The notes beneath the pieces are model-generated. The model was not told the origin of the DNA, did not search any database, and worked only from the letters and a program-made list of their open reading frames with translations. From Eledone cirrhosa (Eukaryota), in the NCBI GenBank assembly GCA_964016885.1, contig OZ024745.1:35650001-35714000 (forward strand): a stretch of 64,000 nucleotides of DNA, in the 5' to 3' direction. A program made the position numbers and the translations under genes. Positions 41,833 through 58,549 of the stretch are shown here, one piece after another. Numbering within the stretch: the first letter of the stretch is position 1; every line of letters starts with the position of its first letter.

Positions 41833-43260
41833 GACTGGCATGGAGTTCATGGTGTCAACGCCTAAGGTCAACAGTACAATATGCACCCTTGTCCCAATTA
41901 CGATTGTTTCATGAATTGAGCCCGAAGCAATACCTTATAGTAATCTAAAACTACAATATTGTATCAATAGTTTAACTAGATATAATTCAATTCTCTGCTA
42001 CTGTAAAACGTTATTTAAACAACTACAGTATTTTCTCATTGACTGATATGATTAAAGCCACCACGAAAAACTAAATTACATTTTTTTTACTGCTTATATC
42101 CTGTCTACCGCTGGACAGTTTTTACCGCCTTGGGCGTTTGCGCAGTTTGCCTTTTGTGTCGCGTCCAGGTAAAACGTATCTATCTATCTCTCACCGTTTT
42201 TTCTCTCTCTGCATATATATGTATAGATGTATATATATGTGTTTGTTCTTACTTAGTGTGTGAGTATGTGAGTGTGTGAGTGTGTGTCTGTGTGTGAGGT
42301 TCGGTAAAGTACATCAAACACTGAAAGAGCATTCAATTTGTGGAAAGCGTTTGTTTCATGTAAATATTTATTACACTAACTATAGTATAATTTATGTACA
42401 ATTGTTTTTCAAGACGTCTGTTTCAAATTTTTCCGAGTCATCCTCTAAGTTTTCTGCTAGTATTGGCTTTATTTTGTAATGGCAGTGTGCGTTTCCTTCA
42501 AACCTGGAACAGTTCCAAAAGAGAAGAAAGAGTAAGGAATATATTGGGAGAGGCGTTGTAGATATAGAACATTATACACAGCTCATACTTCATGTAATTT
42601 CGTAAGTAATAAAGGGGATATTATTCGAAAAGAAACAGGAAATAGATATTGAGCACTAGCATAGTAAGTCTACGGATAATGTAAGAAAGAGATTATGTTT
42701 GATGAGGAATTGGGCGATATCTGGTCAGAAGCCCTTGTATATAGAGCTTTTATCCTCTGATGGCTGGAATATTCTCGTTCTGGCGTATAAATATGTGTGT
42801 TGCGGCAGCGAATGAAGCCTTTTTCTTCAGACAGGCTGTGGAACTTATTAGCGTTTGTCAATATATATTATATTCTGCCGTCTATACCTTGAACCTTATC
42901 GAGCCAATAGAGTAGGATTGGGATCTTCCTGGGTTATTCCATTTGATAGAAACAATTGTGTCGATATTTTTTAAATCTAAAACGCAACAGGTTACATTAG
43001 TGCTGATTCATTTGCACTGATATCTGGAGGTGTTTTTGTGGTTTAGGAAGCGGTTTTTAAATCTGCCTCAAAACAGTCAAACTCAGATTCAAGCCTCTTG
43101 GTGTTAGTTGGGTCTGGTCAAAGTGGCATCAGCCAGGTATATCATGGATGAAGCATGTCCTGCTCTGTCTAAATGGTATTCTTCTGCCATTATCCAGTCT
43201 GAGGATACAAACACACACACACAAACACAAACACACACACACACAAACACACACACACAT

Positions 43261-43291
<31 letters not shown>

Positions 43292-43712
43292 TTTCCGAGG
43301 GTACTTAGTACCTGTGGGTATATTGATATCATTTTATGTATATATCTCCCATGTGTAGAGAAAAAATCCGTTGGATACCTAGCTGCTATTTTTAGTGGTG
43401 TGGCAGACAACACGTCTATGCTACTCCCGCTTCTACTAACGACCAGTTCACGTGTAGGTCACGTTTACGGCCCCATTCGATCCTGCACTAGCTGGCTGAA
43501 AGCAATATATTTGCTGGCTGTGGGACTTTATGTCCTATGTAAGGGAAAATGCTTTCTGAAGAGCCGAACTTTCCATTGGAAGTCCCTTGGATTTCCAATG
43601 TTTTGTGAGGCGAAACCGTCGGTAAAAGCAATATGGATAGGTAAATATTTAAATTATATTTTTTGAATTTATTTTGAAAGATTGTTTGAATTTTGCTTGT
43701 CCCGCTTATCTA

Positions 43713-43784
<72 letters not shown>

Positions 43785-43854
43785 ATATATATATATTATA
43801 TATATAAATAAAATAACAGGATGCTGGACTGGTGTAAATCCTTGAAAAGTGTAT

Positions 43855-43915
43855 TATATTATGATCATTTCAATGACCGGGTTCCGTATGAATCCGGTGA
43901 TATCATCAGGTATTC
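43855..43915 (-). ncRNA. Hammerhead motif with degenerate stem I
   Basis: Minus: CTGATGA-tatcaccggattc-atacg-gaacccggtcatt-GAAA-TGATCA (palindrome)-TA. Confidence 0.5.
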
Positions 43916-44176
43916 GAAATATAGCAAAAGAGTATATAGAATCTATGGGTCCGAAAATCAGAGACAGGGAGGACGACTGACCAACTAGCTGCTTTCACCT
44001 CGGTCAGATGCCCTCAAGTTATGTTATTTTATTTATAATAATTAACTCCGTATTAGCACCACCAACTACACAAACGAAGACGGGTGAACTGAACTACGTT
44101 GAGTACTCTCCATAATATTACATCAAGATTGACCATACGGAATGACCAATTCTATCCAGTGGTGAACCAACATACC

Positions 44177-44214
<38 letters not shown>

Positions 44215-44260
44215 TATAAATATTTTGCTTGTTGTATCCCAACAAATTAAATATAACCTC

Positions 44261-44307
<47 letters not shown>

Positions 44308-44374
44308 CGTTGGCTTCCGCACAAACGTATTAAGCGATACACTTCCAAGTTAGCACGCTGAGTCACTCGTATAT

Positions 44375-44473
<99 letters not shown>

Positions 44474-44509
44474 TATGTATATATATATATATATGTAAAT
44501 TTATGTATG

Positions 44510-44583
<74 letters not shown>

Positions 44584-44628
44584 GTGACGAAACATAAGTC
44601 AATTGCATGAACTCATAATCCTTTATTT

Positions 44629-44684
44629 ACTGCTATATATATTTCGATGATAGCCATTAAATGGCTATGACCTCATCAAGCAGT
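44629..44684 (-). ncRNA. Minimal type I hammerhead motif (C3U variant)
   Basis: Minus: actgc-TTGATGA-ggtcatagccat-tta-atggctatcatc-GAAA-TATATA-TA-gcagt. Stem I is perfect and stem II is long. Confidence 0.62.
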
Positions 44685-44787
44685 TAGTCAGTTCTTAGAT
44701 ATGCCAGCTCTGTCTTTATGGTGTTGATGGTATCAGAGCCGTGGGACATATATGTATATTTATGTATATATGTATATGTATATTTAT

Positions 44788-44818
<31 letters not shown>

Positions 44819-44908
44819 CTTACTCAGTGTATGAGTGTGTGAGTGTGTGAGTGTGTGTATGTGTGTGAGGTTATATATATATATATGAGGTTATATATAT
44901 ATATATTT

Positions 44909-45076
44909 AGGAACGAGTAGGACCCCGACGGCTGAGCTCAAGCCGTTTCGACGGCTAATTCTGGACTGAGTCCAGAATTAGCCGTCGAAGCGTTCCTATT
45001 ACCCACTCTACTACCCTAAGTATTGAGTACTTTAGTGCGTTACGGTCTATCTGGTTCCTTACCACATTTCCTTCGT

Positions 45077-45077
<1 letters not shown>
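44909..45077 (+). mobile_element. Family A fold-back module (right arm partly deleted)
   Basis: Centre is ggactgagtcc; tail cctattacccactctactaccctaagtattgagtac...cttcgtt. Confidence 0.75.
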
Positions 45078-45141
<64 letters not shown>

Positions 45142-45183
45142 CACAATATATTAATAAATGGAAACTATATTTATAAAACCATA

Positions 45184-45253
45184 TTTATTTTATTATATAT
45201 ATTTCAAGGGCAACCAAGGCAAATTATGGTGCGCTTTCATCAGATAAAATAAA
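45184..45253 (-). ncRNA. Minimal type I hammerhead motif (family C)
   Basis: Minus: tttattttat-CTGATGA-aagcgcacca...tggttgccctt-GAAA-TATATA-TA-ataaaataaa. Stem I is a perfect 10 bp; the helix III loop is palindromic. Confidence 0.7.
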
Positions 45254-45393
45254 GATTTTGTTTATAAATAAATATTGACATACCCGGAAAAAAGACAACC
45301 TTAACGGTTGTAGCTTCCTGGATAGTGTTTGAATCCCAACAAATTAAATATAACCTCTGCATATATATATATATATATATATGTATATTTATG

Positions 45394-45472
<79 letters not shown>

Positions 45473-45477
45473 GCATG

Positions 45478-45508
<31 letters not shown>

Positions 45509-46910
45509 AGATACAAAAGTATGTGTATATATCTATCTATTTATATATATATACATATACATATATGTACGTGTGTGTTGGAGTGCAGACCGTGATAGAT
45601 AGAGTGTTATGGACAGGTAGGTGGGCAGACGAAAATGAGATGCATCGATCGAATCATGTTTGTGTTTTTTTTAATTAAACTTGGAATATAAATTACATGA
45701 AATGAAAGAATGAACGAAACGAATATAATAGAAAGAAGAACAAGGAATGAAGTAAGTATAATCTAAGAAGCACAAAAGCTTAAACGAAATTCTGTACAAA
45801 ATACAAAGTACAATAAAATGGACGAGACAGAGAGAGAAATGATGAGAACTTAATGATATATTGCAGGCGAAGGAGAATATTGAGGAAAAACAGAACGGTT
45901 GCAACATTGTAGCAAGCTTAATACTCAACGAAATAAAAGACTAAATGATATAAACAATATAAATTAATTGTTGTTGTTGTTGTTGTTGTTATTTTACAGC
46001 AGGTCGAACAGACCTATGTGCATATACGTTAAATCCCTTGTCAGTCCTTCATTTGTATAGACTTGTTATAAGTATCATTTACATTATGCAACATGTTCTG
46101 TAAAACCTACTACTAAGTAACTTATAAAGAACCTTTAAATTTCATATTTCACAATACGAAATCCAATTAGAGACTTATATAGAGTACCTAGTACAGGTTT
46201 TTAGAGATTTTCATTTATAACAAAAAAAAAAAAATAAAGAAAGAGAAATTGTATCAGTTCCTTAGAGAATGACATTAATGTAAAAAGCTTTAAAATATAA
46301 TGAAGTATATCACGACGTACGCTCAAACTTTAAAAACAAACCTTGTAGTATCATCTTTACTTCCGCAATCATTGGAGACGACTGCAGGGGAATATGGTGA
46401 TTAAGAAAGCTTTGTTTGCTATTTTAGTAGGTTGTGGGTAGCTGGTGAGGTTCAATTCCTATTTTTCTGAAGTTGAAATGTACCTCCTTCGATACCCCCC
46501 CCCCCCCCAATAAAAACTCTAGAATTTCACAACATGGGTTACCCCGGGTCAAAGCAAAAGCCTGTACATTACCAGCCGGCATGTTGATATAGCAGCCAAA
46601 TCTCCCTCAATTCACATCCTACTAACTTTGAAAAGGACATAATAAGAATACTATTCCTGGATTCATATGGTATAGGAGAAATATGGGTTGGTCAGGGCTA
46701 ACTTGATACTGTATAATTATGACAACAATAACAATAAAACAATGTGCTCAGAATTAATCGCTCTGCGAGAAATATCAGCCAATTTACCTCAAATCACACA
46801 CTAATGTCTCAGACTGGAAAGGGTATGTTACAAACTGGATTCACATATGACTATTTTAAAACGGTTTGGTCAATAACAATACAATGAAAATATTGCAATA
46901 TTCAACTCTG

Positions 46911-46978
<68 letters not shown>

Positions 46979-47082
46979 CACACACGCACACACACACACA
47001 CACACATATATATAAATATATGTATGTATGTATGTATGTTTTTATATATGTGTCTCCCTTTTTTATTTACGCCCACCCATAT

Positions 47083-47268
<186 letters not shown>

Positions 47269-47358
47269 AAGAGAGAGAGAGTGAGAGAGAGAGAGAGTTG
47301 AATATTGCAATATCTTCATTCTATACCATTTTAAAATAGGTATATGAATCCAGTTTGT

Positions 47359-47442
<84 letters not shown>

Positions 47443-48078
47443 TATAATATGTAATGTAGCGCAATTTCTACAAAATTGGATGTTCACTCATTTGAACTAA
47501 AAGAGAAGTAGTCCACTTGACAACGTAACAATGTTTCATATGATTCACATGAAAAAGCTCTGCCTCGAGAAAACCATAAAAAATCGATTACGTAAGCATC
47601 TTTTAAACTATGATGGACACTTCGTTAATATTACAACGAAGATAGTGTGAGGGTGAGAGGTTGTGTTTGTGTGTGTATGTGTCTGAGTGTATGTGTGTGT
47701 ATGTGTGTGAGTGTATGTATGTGTGGTGTGTTTGTGTGTGAGTCTATGTCTGTGTGGTGTGTGTGTATGTGTGTGTGTGTGCGTGAGGTGACGAAAGAGG
47801 CAGAAATGAGTGAGAGGGGGGGGGGGGTGTCTTCATGCTGAGCTGCAACAAAGTTTCTTTCCAATAACGAAATTTTGTTTTGTGACGAGAAAAAGAATTC
47901 TTCAAAATATATTAAATTGTGTTGTCTATCTATGGATTTCTCTTTCTCTCTGTATGACTCTCTCTCTCTCGCTTGATCTCTCTCTCTCGCTCGCTCTCTA
48001 TCCCACTCTCTCTCTCTCGCTCTCTCTGTTTCTCTCTCTCTCTCTATGTATATATACAGACACACAAACACACACAAT

Positions 48079-48122
<44 letters not shown>

Positions 48123-48134
48123 TATCTAAGCAAA

Positions 48135-48175
48135 GATTCTAAACATTTCGGACGCCATTCCTTCATCGGAAGATA
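48135..48175 (-). ncRNA. Hammerhead motif variant (same family as 21489-21525)
   Basis: Minus: tctt-CCGATGA-a-gga-atggcg-tcc-GAAA-tgttt-aga; core has a U4C change. Confidence 0.45.
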
Positions 48176-48410
48176 GAAAGAGAAGTAGAAAATGAAATGA
48201 AATGATAGAGGACTGTGGGAAGAGGAAGAAAAACAAAAAAAAGCAAAACAAAACCGTTTTTGATTCCATAATTGTAAAGTCATACGTATATTGAGACATA
48301 TACCAAAACATCGTTGTTTTTCACGCCCAGCTGAGGTCTTATGAAGCACAACTGTGCTCTAAGGTTACATTGTTAGCTCGTATATGTATATGCCATCCGA
48401 GCAAAGAATG

Positions 48411-49239
<829 letters not shown>

Positions 49240-49404
49240 ATTAGTATATCTACCAACATATATATACAGATGCATACCTATGCTAATTAGTTGGAATTAA
49301 ATTTTAGTAAGTAAGTTAATTTTTATAATTTTCTTATTTTACGTCTTTCATATATATATAAGTATATATATACATATATATATATAATATATATATATAT
49401 ATAT

Positions 49405-49600
49405 AACGAAGGAAATGTGGTAAGGAACCAGGTGGACCATAACGCACCAAAGTACTCAATACTTGAGGTAGTAGAGTGGGTAATAGGAACCAGTAAGACC
49501 CCGACAGCTGAGCTCAAGCCGTTTCGACGGCTAATTCTGGACTGAGTCCAGAATTAGCCGTCGAAACGGCTTGAGCTCAGCTGTCGGGGTCTTACTGGTT

Positions 49601-49605
<5 letters not shown>
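49405..49605 (-). mobile_element. Family A fold-back module with perfect 61-bp arms
   Basis: 49483-49543 and 49545-49605 are exact reverse complements; tail at 49405-49482. Confidence 0.8.
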
Positions 49606-49634
<29 letters not shown>

Positions 49635-49640
49635 GTATAT

Positions 49641-49778
49641 GAAAAATTCGGAACCCCGGCGGCTGAGCACCAGCCGTTTCAGATCCGATCCGAACTTTCA
49701 TATTACCCACCCTACTAGCCAAAGTATCGAGTACTCTCGTGAGCAATGGTCTAACTGGATTTTGCCGCCTCCATTCTT
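49641..49778 (+). mobile_element. Diverged family A-like module
   Basis: accccggcggctgagcaccagccgtttc...tattacccaccctactagccaaagtatcgagtactc. Confidence 0.6.
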
Positions 49779-49788
49779 ATATATATAT

Positions 49789-50060
49789 ATTAGAAAGTGA
49801 GTTTATTTTACAAAATGAAAAATAACCGAGGTGTCCTACACGAGTGAAAGTATAAAGAAAAAAGGATGAAATCGATAATGCAACTGGAGTCTTATTTAAA
49901 AAAAAGTATATATATTTATTTGGTTCCTTTACCGGTTGCGCAGTTCTTCTGCTTTTCAAAAGTAGAGTTGAGATGTAGGGTCTGTGGTTTTTCTCACATC
50001 TCATATATATATATATATTTTTTTTTTCTTCCTCATAATCGTCTCTTTCTCCCTGTTTTC
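49789..50060. mobile_element. Family D module: arm plus tail
   Basis: 49789-50001 matches 3631-3843. 50020-50060 (ttcctcataatcgtctctttctccctgttttc) matches 18341-18378 and is reverse-complemented at 51391-51414. Confidence 0.6.
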
Positions 50061-50070
50061 ATATATATAT

Positions 50071-50239
50071 AGGAAAAAGTATGACCCCGACGGCTGAGCT
50101 CAAGCCGTTTCGACGGCTATTTCTGGAAATAGCCGTCGAAACGGCTTGAGCTCTGCCGTCGGGGTCATACTCTATTACCCTAAGTATTGAGTACTCTGGT
50201 GAGTTATGGTCCATCTGGTTCCTTACCACAATTCCTTCG

Positions 50240-50241
<2 letters not shown>
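50071..50241 (+). mobile_element. Family A fold-back module
   Basis: Palindrome centred on ctatttc-tg-gaaatag, followed by the tail. Confidence 0.75.
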
Positions 50242-50328
<87 letters not shown>

Positions 50329-50475
50329 AGTATTAAGTTGTTAAACAATATTCGATGATTATGTCAAAGAATGAGTTTTACAGTAGATTGGAAGCACTCA
50401 ACGAAAAATAATTTTCAGGAGTTATTAATATTAAAATATAAGTGTTAATAAAATAGATGTTCTTTTGATCAATTA

Positions 50476-50530
50476 CATTTTATTATACATATTTCGGATG
50501 TACAACAGTACGTCCTCATCAGACAAAATA
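50476..50530 (-). ncRNA. Minimal type I hammerhead motif (family C-related)
   Basis: Minus: tattttgt-CTGATGA-ggacgtac-tgtt-gtacatcc-GAAA-tatgta-TA-ataaaatg. Confidence 0.72.
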
Positions 50531-50690
50531 TAATGATACATGACATACCCTGAGATGTTAAATGGTTAAGATGTATTGTTGTACATCCGAAATATGTATA
50601 ATAAAATGTAATTGATCAAAAGAACATCTATTTTATTAATACTTATATTTTAATATCTATATCTATATCTATCTGTATATATATATATAT

Positions 50691-51308
<618 letters not shown>

Positions 51309-51321
51309 AAATATATATATA

Positions 51322-51394
<73 letters not shown>

Positions 51395-51563
51395 ACAGGG
51401 AGAAAGAGACGATTATATATATATAAGCAGAAGGGATATTCAATATGTTTGTAATTCAACAAATATAAATGTTTATAACTGATTCAGAGAACTCGACATT
51501 TTTTCTGGAGCATAATATACAATGATATTAAATAAATGGAAACTATATTTATAAAACCATATT

Positions 51564-51624
51564 TATTCTATTATATATATTTCAGGGGTACCAAAAGTTT
51601 AGTACGCTATCATCAGATAAAATA
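51564..51624 (-). ncRNA. Minimal type I hammerhead motif (family C)
   Basis: Minus: tattttat-CTGATGA-tagcgtacta-aacttt-tggtacccct-GAAA-TATATA-TA-atagaata. Confidence 0.65.
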
Positions 51625-51696
51625 CGAAGTATGTTTCATAAAATGTTGACATAACCAAGGAGAATATACCTTAACGTTTCAAGTTTTCCTTGGATA

Positions 51697-51813
<117 letters not shown>

Positions 51814-51818
51814 TACAT

Positions 51819-51869
<51 letters not shown>

Positions 51870-51873
51870 GAGA

Positions 51874-51997
51874 GAAATAGCCCTCGAAACGGTTTCAGCT
51901 CTGCCGTCGGGGGTCATACATTTTCTTATTACCCACTGTACTACCCTAAGTATTGAGTACGTTATAGTCGATCTAGTTCCTTACCACAACTCCTTCG

Positions 51998-51999
<2 letters not shown>
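51874..51999 (+). mobile_element. Family A module without an inverted arm
   Basis: gaaatagccctcgaaacggtttcagctctgccgtcgggggtc plus tail. Confidence 0.7.
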
Positions 52000-52057
<58 letters not shown>

Positions 52058-52080
52058 ATGTATATTTATATATATATATA

Positions 52081-52132
<52 letters not shown>

Positions 52133-52319
52133 TATAATAAGTCACATGAATACATACATTTCGATAAATGTTAGTCGTTTGACTATGCAATTGATGTATC
52201 AATGTGATCTATTATATTATATATAATACAAACACTCCTGGAATTACCTTCATTGTACCTATGGTTGATAAATGAGTCGCTTGTTGAGTTAAAAACCACT
52301 GCATATTGACAGTGTTCGA

Positions 52320-52414
<95 letters not shown>

Positions 52415-52496
52415 TCATATAGAAATATATATACATATATATATATATGTATGTATATATATATATATATATACATTTATATATATATATATATAC

Positions 52497-52551
<55 letters not shown>

Positions 52552-52660
52552 GACAGCCATACAACGCAATCTACCCTCACTTGTATTGAATGACTTTCTA
52601 AACAAATATAAGAACTTTTAAGTTTCGAATTGCTTAAAATTTGAAGCAAATTATCACACC

Positions 52661-52720
<60 letters not shown>

Positions 52721-55700
52721 GCTGTGATAATTTGCTTCAAGTTTTATGCAATTCGAAACTTAGAAGTTCTCATATTTGTTTAGAAAGTCTAAATATATGT
52801 ATCTACATATATATACATACATGTATGTATATATATACATACATGCGTCTTTGTACGTGTGTATGTGTTAGTGACAAAATGCGTAATATACAATTGTCGC
52901 TTAGAAACAAATATGATTCAGATACATAATGTATTGTGTATACTTTAAATAAAATTGCCACATTGTATTTTTGTCACCAGATGAATTTGTTTTATCCAGG
53001 ACTAGACTGGTTCTTTATTTTATCGATATCGAAGGTCAATATTGTCTTCTGTTAAATTTGAACCGAGTGTGTAGAGAATAGTAATGAACTCATTTTGATT
53101 TTCTAATGAATTTGCCATGGCGTCGCTTTATATGTATGTAAACTTTTCAGAAATGGTGCAATCCTAATAAAATGTGACATTAAAAATACATAATTGTAGT
53201 TCGAGTTAATTTAAAAAAAATATGTCGGAGAAGAAAGATAAAAATGAGATTACTTGCTTAATAAAACACGTTTTTGGACAGAGTATCGTTTACGATATCA
53301 ATATAGAGTACTCGGCAGAGTACTGACTAGAGTAGCCTTTGCGGTTGTCACAAAACATTGCAAATAATACCGATTATTACACCAAGCCGCTTTTTTATAC
53401 TTATTTTAGCGTGGACACCAGAACATAGATATGTTATTGGATGGGGGTGGGTTGAGGGGATTAATGAATTAAATAGACATTTGTATTTCAATGGAAGATT
53501 TTGTTGATTACGGAAGGAAGAAATGAAAGTTGATCTGAACGAAACAAAGACTGCAAGGCACTTTTTCTGATTAACTAACTTTCTTCCAATCCGCCAGTGC
53601 AACAAGCTCTTAATAATAAATCTTAAGAGGCCAAAGGATCTTAAATTTTGTTTCAGTGGGTGACTTGAAACTAGTTATTTCTAGTGCATTAATTTCTCGA
53701 CACAAGAAAGATGAAGTTAAAATTGTCAACGGTGAACTCAGAACATAAAGAGATATTGTCTAACAATTCTGATATTCACCAATTATTATAAGGATTTCCT
53801 GTATTACCACAAGGGCGACACATAGGGGTCATTATAAGGAAGAGTTACACAACAATTCAATTTGCCGATTAAAAAAATGATACGTTCCGTGAAATGCATA
53901 ATTCAATACGCACACTCCTACACACGTATACACACACACACTCACCCCCCCCCACACATATATATATATATATATATATGTTACTAAAACATATAATAAT
54001 TATTTCTACTTTTGGCACAAGGCCAGAAATTATCCCAGTGTATTACTGGTACTTTATTTTATCGAACCCTGTAAGGATGAAAGGCAAAGTTAACCTCGGC
54101 GGGGTTTGAACTCAGACCTAAAACATATAATAATGTTATTGTTACATGGGTAAAAGGCCAGAAAATTATTTGATAAAATCGTCCTCAGTTCTTCACTGGT
54201 ACTTTATTTTATTCATTCCAGTAGAATGAAAGACCCATTTCATCTCAACTGGTTTTGAACTCAGAACATATAGAGTCGTAACTAAATACTGTAAGGCTTT
54301 TAGTCCGACGCTCTAACGATTCTGGCAAACCGTATCTTAATTGGTGGAATATTTCAGCATCACTACATGGAACTTGCGTGCATTTAGTAGAGTCTACCTT
54401 TTCCGAGCTGAAGATACGTTCCTTCCACCCAGCCACTGTCTAAGAGGCCTACAATATGGCCATGGGCACTACACTTCCCTCCCTTGCCTAAACAATATAA
54501 AACAAAACAAAACAAAAGCAATTGCTTCATATATTGTTATTCGTATTCATTCAAGAGATTGGCGAAAGTACAATGATGAAACACAAATAACTGGTTTAAT
54601 TAAGATAGTGTTAATATAGCTAAGGTATTGAATGAGCGATAGGTAGAATGTTTGTGTTCTTTTTTAAAAGCCTTCAATGTAGGTGTAATATGTTTTCTTG
54701 TGGAACGTTTGATATATAGACTGTATTGTTATTTTTTGTTTTTTGTCTACGCTGTTTAGTTTGTTAATATGGGTATGATGTAATGTTAGTTTTAGAAGAC
54801 TAATTAATTGTACTAAGCTTTAGGTTTTCTGTCACTGAATAATTGTATTTTGTGTTGTAGGTCTTCGATTTATGGGTCTTGTTGTATTCCTTTACATTTA
54901 TTTAGAAGTTGCGTGGGGGTATGAGAGAAGAAATGTTATCAATATACGCGGACAAAACATTTAGATGTAATAGATGTAATCACCCCTGTATATGATAAGT
55001 ATTTTATAGATTCAGGAAGTATGACAAGCAAAATCGACATCGGCATGATTTTAGCTCTGAATGGAAAGAGTCTGAACTAAATACCGTTAAACATTTCAGC
55101 GGACCCTTTAATATGTAGCATAACAATGGATTTTAAGGGAGAAGGAACAGCCAATAATAATTGTTGACTGATCGTTTATTCAGTTACTAGGATAGATTAC
55201 TTGTATAAATTACTAGTTAGCTACAGGGCTAGCTGTAATTCCCTCATCCAGAATCTCTTCACCCCCTAACATTTGTGATGTTACGCTTATGTTGTAATTG
55301 TTATTGTTACAGCTGACCCCTGCATAGGTTTAGGGGGTCAAACATGAAGTTGCATGCATCTCATTAGAAATTCCATGGGTGTTTCAATGATAGATGAACC
55401 GGTCATACCATGCGTACCTATGTTAGAAATGATAAGGTAATTTGATAATGCGGCCCACACTATTTAACGCTACAACATAATTCATTATATGTGACCAATA
55501 GTTATGTTATTGACCTTGGAAAGATGGAAGCATAAGTGGACTTTGGAAGATTTGAAATGAGAACATTAAGAGATTTTAAAAAATATGATCACAGAACATG
55601 AGCCATATGGCATAGTGTTCGACTTACCAAGGATTTTATTCATCCATTTCTAATAATAAGCAGCATTACTAAATAAAACACAAGAGCAATCGGTTTCTAG

Positions 55701-56951
55701 GGGAATCAACTAGATACAGTACTTCATGTGCACTTATTTTATAGGACCGAACTGATAAAAACAAAATTTCACATTTGAATGTCAACCTAGAATATATATA
55801 TCTGATACTAAATATTACAAGACAGATTTCTCGTCAACTGGCAATAAATTATACCAAGCATATCCATTTTAAATGAACAACTATTAAGGTAGGCTATAGT
55901 GGAATAAACTAAATATAGTTATTTATTGCTACTTTATTTTATCGAAACGGCACGTTGAAGAGCAAATTTAAACTTTGGGCGATTTGATTCTAGTATGTAT
56001 ATGCCTTCAACAAGCGAGTAATTGATTTTTGGGTGACCAATTATACTAACCACATACGTTTTTAAAGAAATCATTTGGTGGTAAGACGTTAGTGGAATGA
56101 ACGAAAAACACTATTTCAATGATATATCTATATTATCGAAAGTGAAAGGTGTAAAGCGAAGTTATCTTTTCTGGGGCTTGAAATCATAAATATATAGACC
56201 TGTATCTAAATAATGCAAAACGGTTTTTTTCTTTGGTCAATAAAATATATTACGCAACATGGTCTAACTGTGCAGATTTCGCTTCGTAACCATTTGGTAG
56301 CGGCCTCGATCCCACTGGGTGTCATCTTGGGAGTCATTTATGATAGATCTGCGTTGAACCATGAATTGTGAGTGAAATGGTGTAGCCGAAAACTGTTCGG
56401 AAGTTATTTAGATGGAATGCATGCACCTGTAATTCAATGTGTCAGTCATGTCACACACCTGATTATGCTATATTCCCTGGGTATTAAGGATACACGTGTC
56501 TATGGAATACTCAGCCACTTACACTTTAACATAATAAACATGTACACACAGAGGAAGCTCTAAGAATGTCCTTTCATAACCCATAACCTTCTGAAATAAA
56601 TAAATTTTGGTACGGTCACGAAGTTAAAAGGAAGAGTTAATCGTTTAAGTCAACACCCAAACTAGCTTTGTTATACATTTTTATAGATACAAAAAACAAG
56701 GAGAGCAAATTCGACCTCACAGAAATATGAGCTCATAACGTTAAGAAACGGATAACCCTTTTCAATGGTAACGCGGAAATCTCAAAATTTATTGTAGAGA
56801 AGTTTAAATAGCAATCGTAACAGTTTTTTCATTACTTGACACATGGATGTCAAAAAGACATACAACACTCGAAACGACAAATATATATATATATAAATAA
56901 AAATATATGTAAATATGGGTGTAAACAGATATAGGTGTGTGCGTATAAAAT

Positions 56952-57019
<68 letters not shown>

Positions 57020-57021
57020 CA

Positions 57022-57067
<46 letters not shown>

Positions 57068-57110
57068 TGTATGTATGTGTATAGTGCATATGTATATATG
57101 TATATATATC

Positions 57111-57138
<28 letters not shown>

Positions 57139-57143
<5 letters not shown>

Positions 57144-57312
57144 GAAAACCTTCTACAGGACTAGAACTGTTTCATTCGGGAGAAATCATCAGGCTTCCCG
57201 AACGAAACAGTTCTAGACCTGTAGAATCTTTTCTATATTAAATATTTATACTCATCTTTGTATTCAGTACCTTACTTACTGTGGTTACCCCCGATTGAAC
57301 CCGGGATAAACT
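57139..57312 (+). mobile_element. PLE-type fold-back module (family E) with HHR core and tail
   Basis: Inverted arms ~57151-57182/57194-57226. The minus strand reads CTGATGA (57192-57186)...GAAA. Tail 57245-57312 is the reverse complement of 6068-6140. Confidence 0.6.
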
Positions 57313-57418
57313 TATATATAAATGTGTGTGTGTGTGTGTGTATACAAATAAATGCATATACATATAGAAACATAAATATATGTATATATATGTGTGTGTG
57401 TGTATATATAAATAAATG

Positions 57419-57453
<35 letters not shown>

Positions 57454-58353
57454 ATATATATGTGTGTATATATGTACATATATATATGTATATAAACATA
57501 TATGCATATATACATCTATATATTTATATATACCTCCATATATGCATACACACACGCATACACTTATATATATATATGAGTGTGTGTGTGTTTATATATA
57601 TATATGTGTATGTGTGTGTAAGTATATGTAATATATATATATAATATGTATGATATATTAGCTGAGCTAGTTTTTTTGTTTTTTGTCTGTCTCCTGCCTG
57701 GGTCTAGGTAAATATTGCTTTTTTTAAACTCTATTTCTTTCATGTTTAATAAATATTTCTGAAAGTGACACATCTCATTTTTTGATTGGGGTGGAGCTAG
57801 TTGATGTAACCGATGAAATCGAACCCAGTTCTTGACAGGTATTTAGCATTATCGATCACCGGATGAATGGAAGTGAAAGTAGACGCTCGCAGTGGTGATA
57901 ATAATTCTTTCCAGCTTTGACACAAGGCCAGCAAATTGAAGGAAGAGAACAGTCGATTACATCCACCCTAGTACTAACTGGTACTTATTTTGTCGACCCA
58001 GAACGATGAAAGACAGAATTGAATTCGGTGACATTGGAACTGACAATCTTGTCTGAAGCTTCAATAATAATAGTGTGAGGCGTTGGCACAAGGCTAGATA
58101 TATTGGAGGAGGTTGTGAAAGTCGATTATATCGAAGTCATTACTAGACAGGTACTTTGATATATCGACCCAAGAAGGATAAATAGCATATTTGAACACGG
58201 TGGTATGCGAACTGGGAACATAGAGATTGAGCCGGTAGTTATACGGAAAAGCAATAACTTTTCTGCCACCGAATGGTATGAAAAATTCAAAATCGGATAA
58301 GATCGAACACTACCTCTGCCTGAAAGTTAGTCTATGTTTTCATACCCAAGGAA

Positions 58354-58549
58354 GTAGACATGCAAACCTCTGAAAACCCAAACAGGGAGTACTCTGAACA
58401 AAAGTGCTCCAAACGGGGAGAAATGAGGCAAAATGGGGAGATTTTACATAATGAAAGCTATACCCATTTTCGCAAGAGAAGACATCTCTCTCGCACCCGA
58501 AAATGGGTGGGAGATCTCCCCGTCCGACGGGGACAGTTGACAGGTCTGG
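58354..58549. mobile_element. Possible MITE
   Basis: GC-richer island bounded by imperfect inverted ends tagacatgcaaac / gttgacaggtctg; no target-site duplication seen. Confidence 0.3.
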
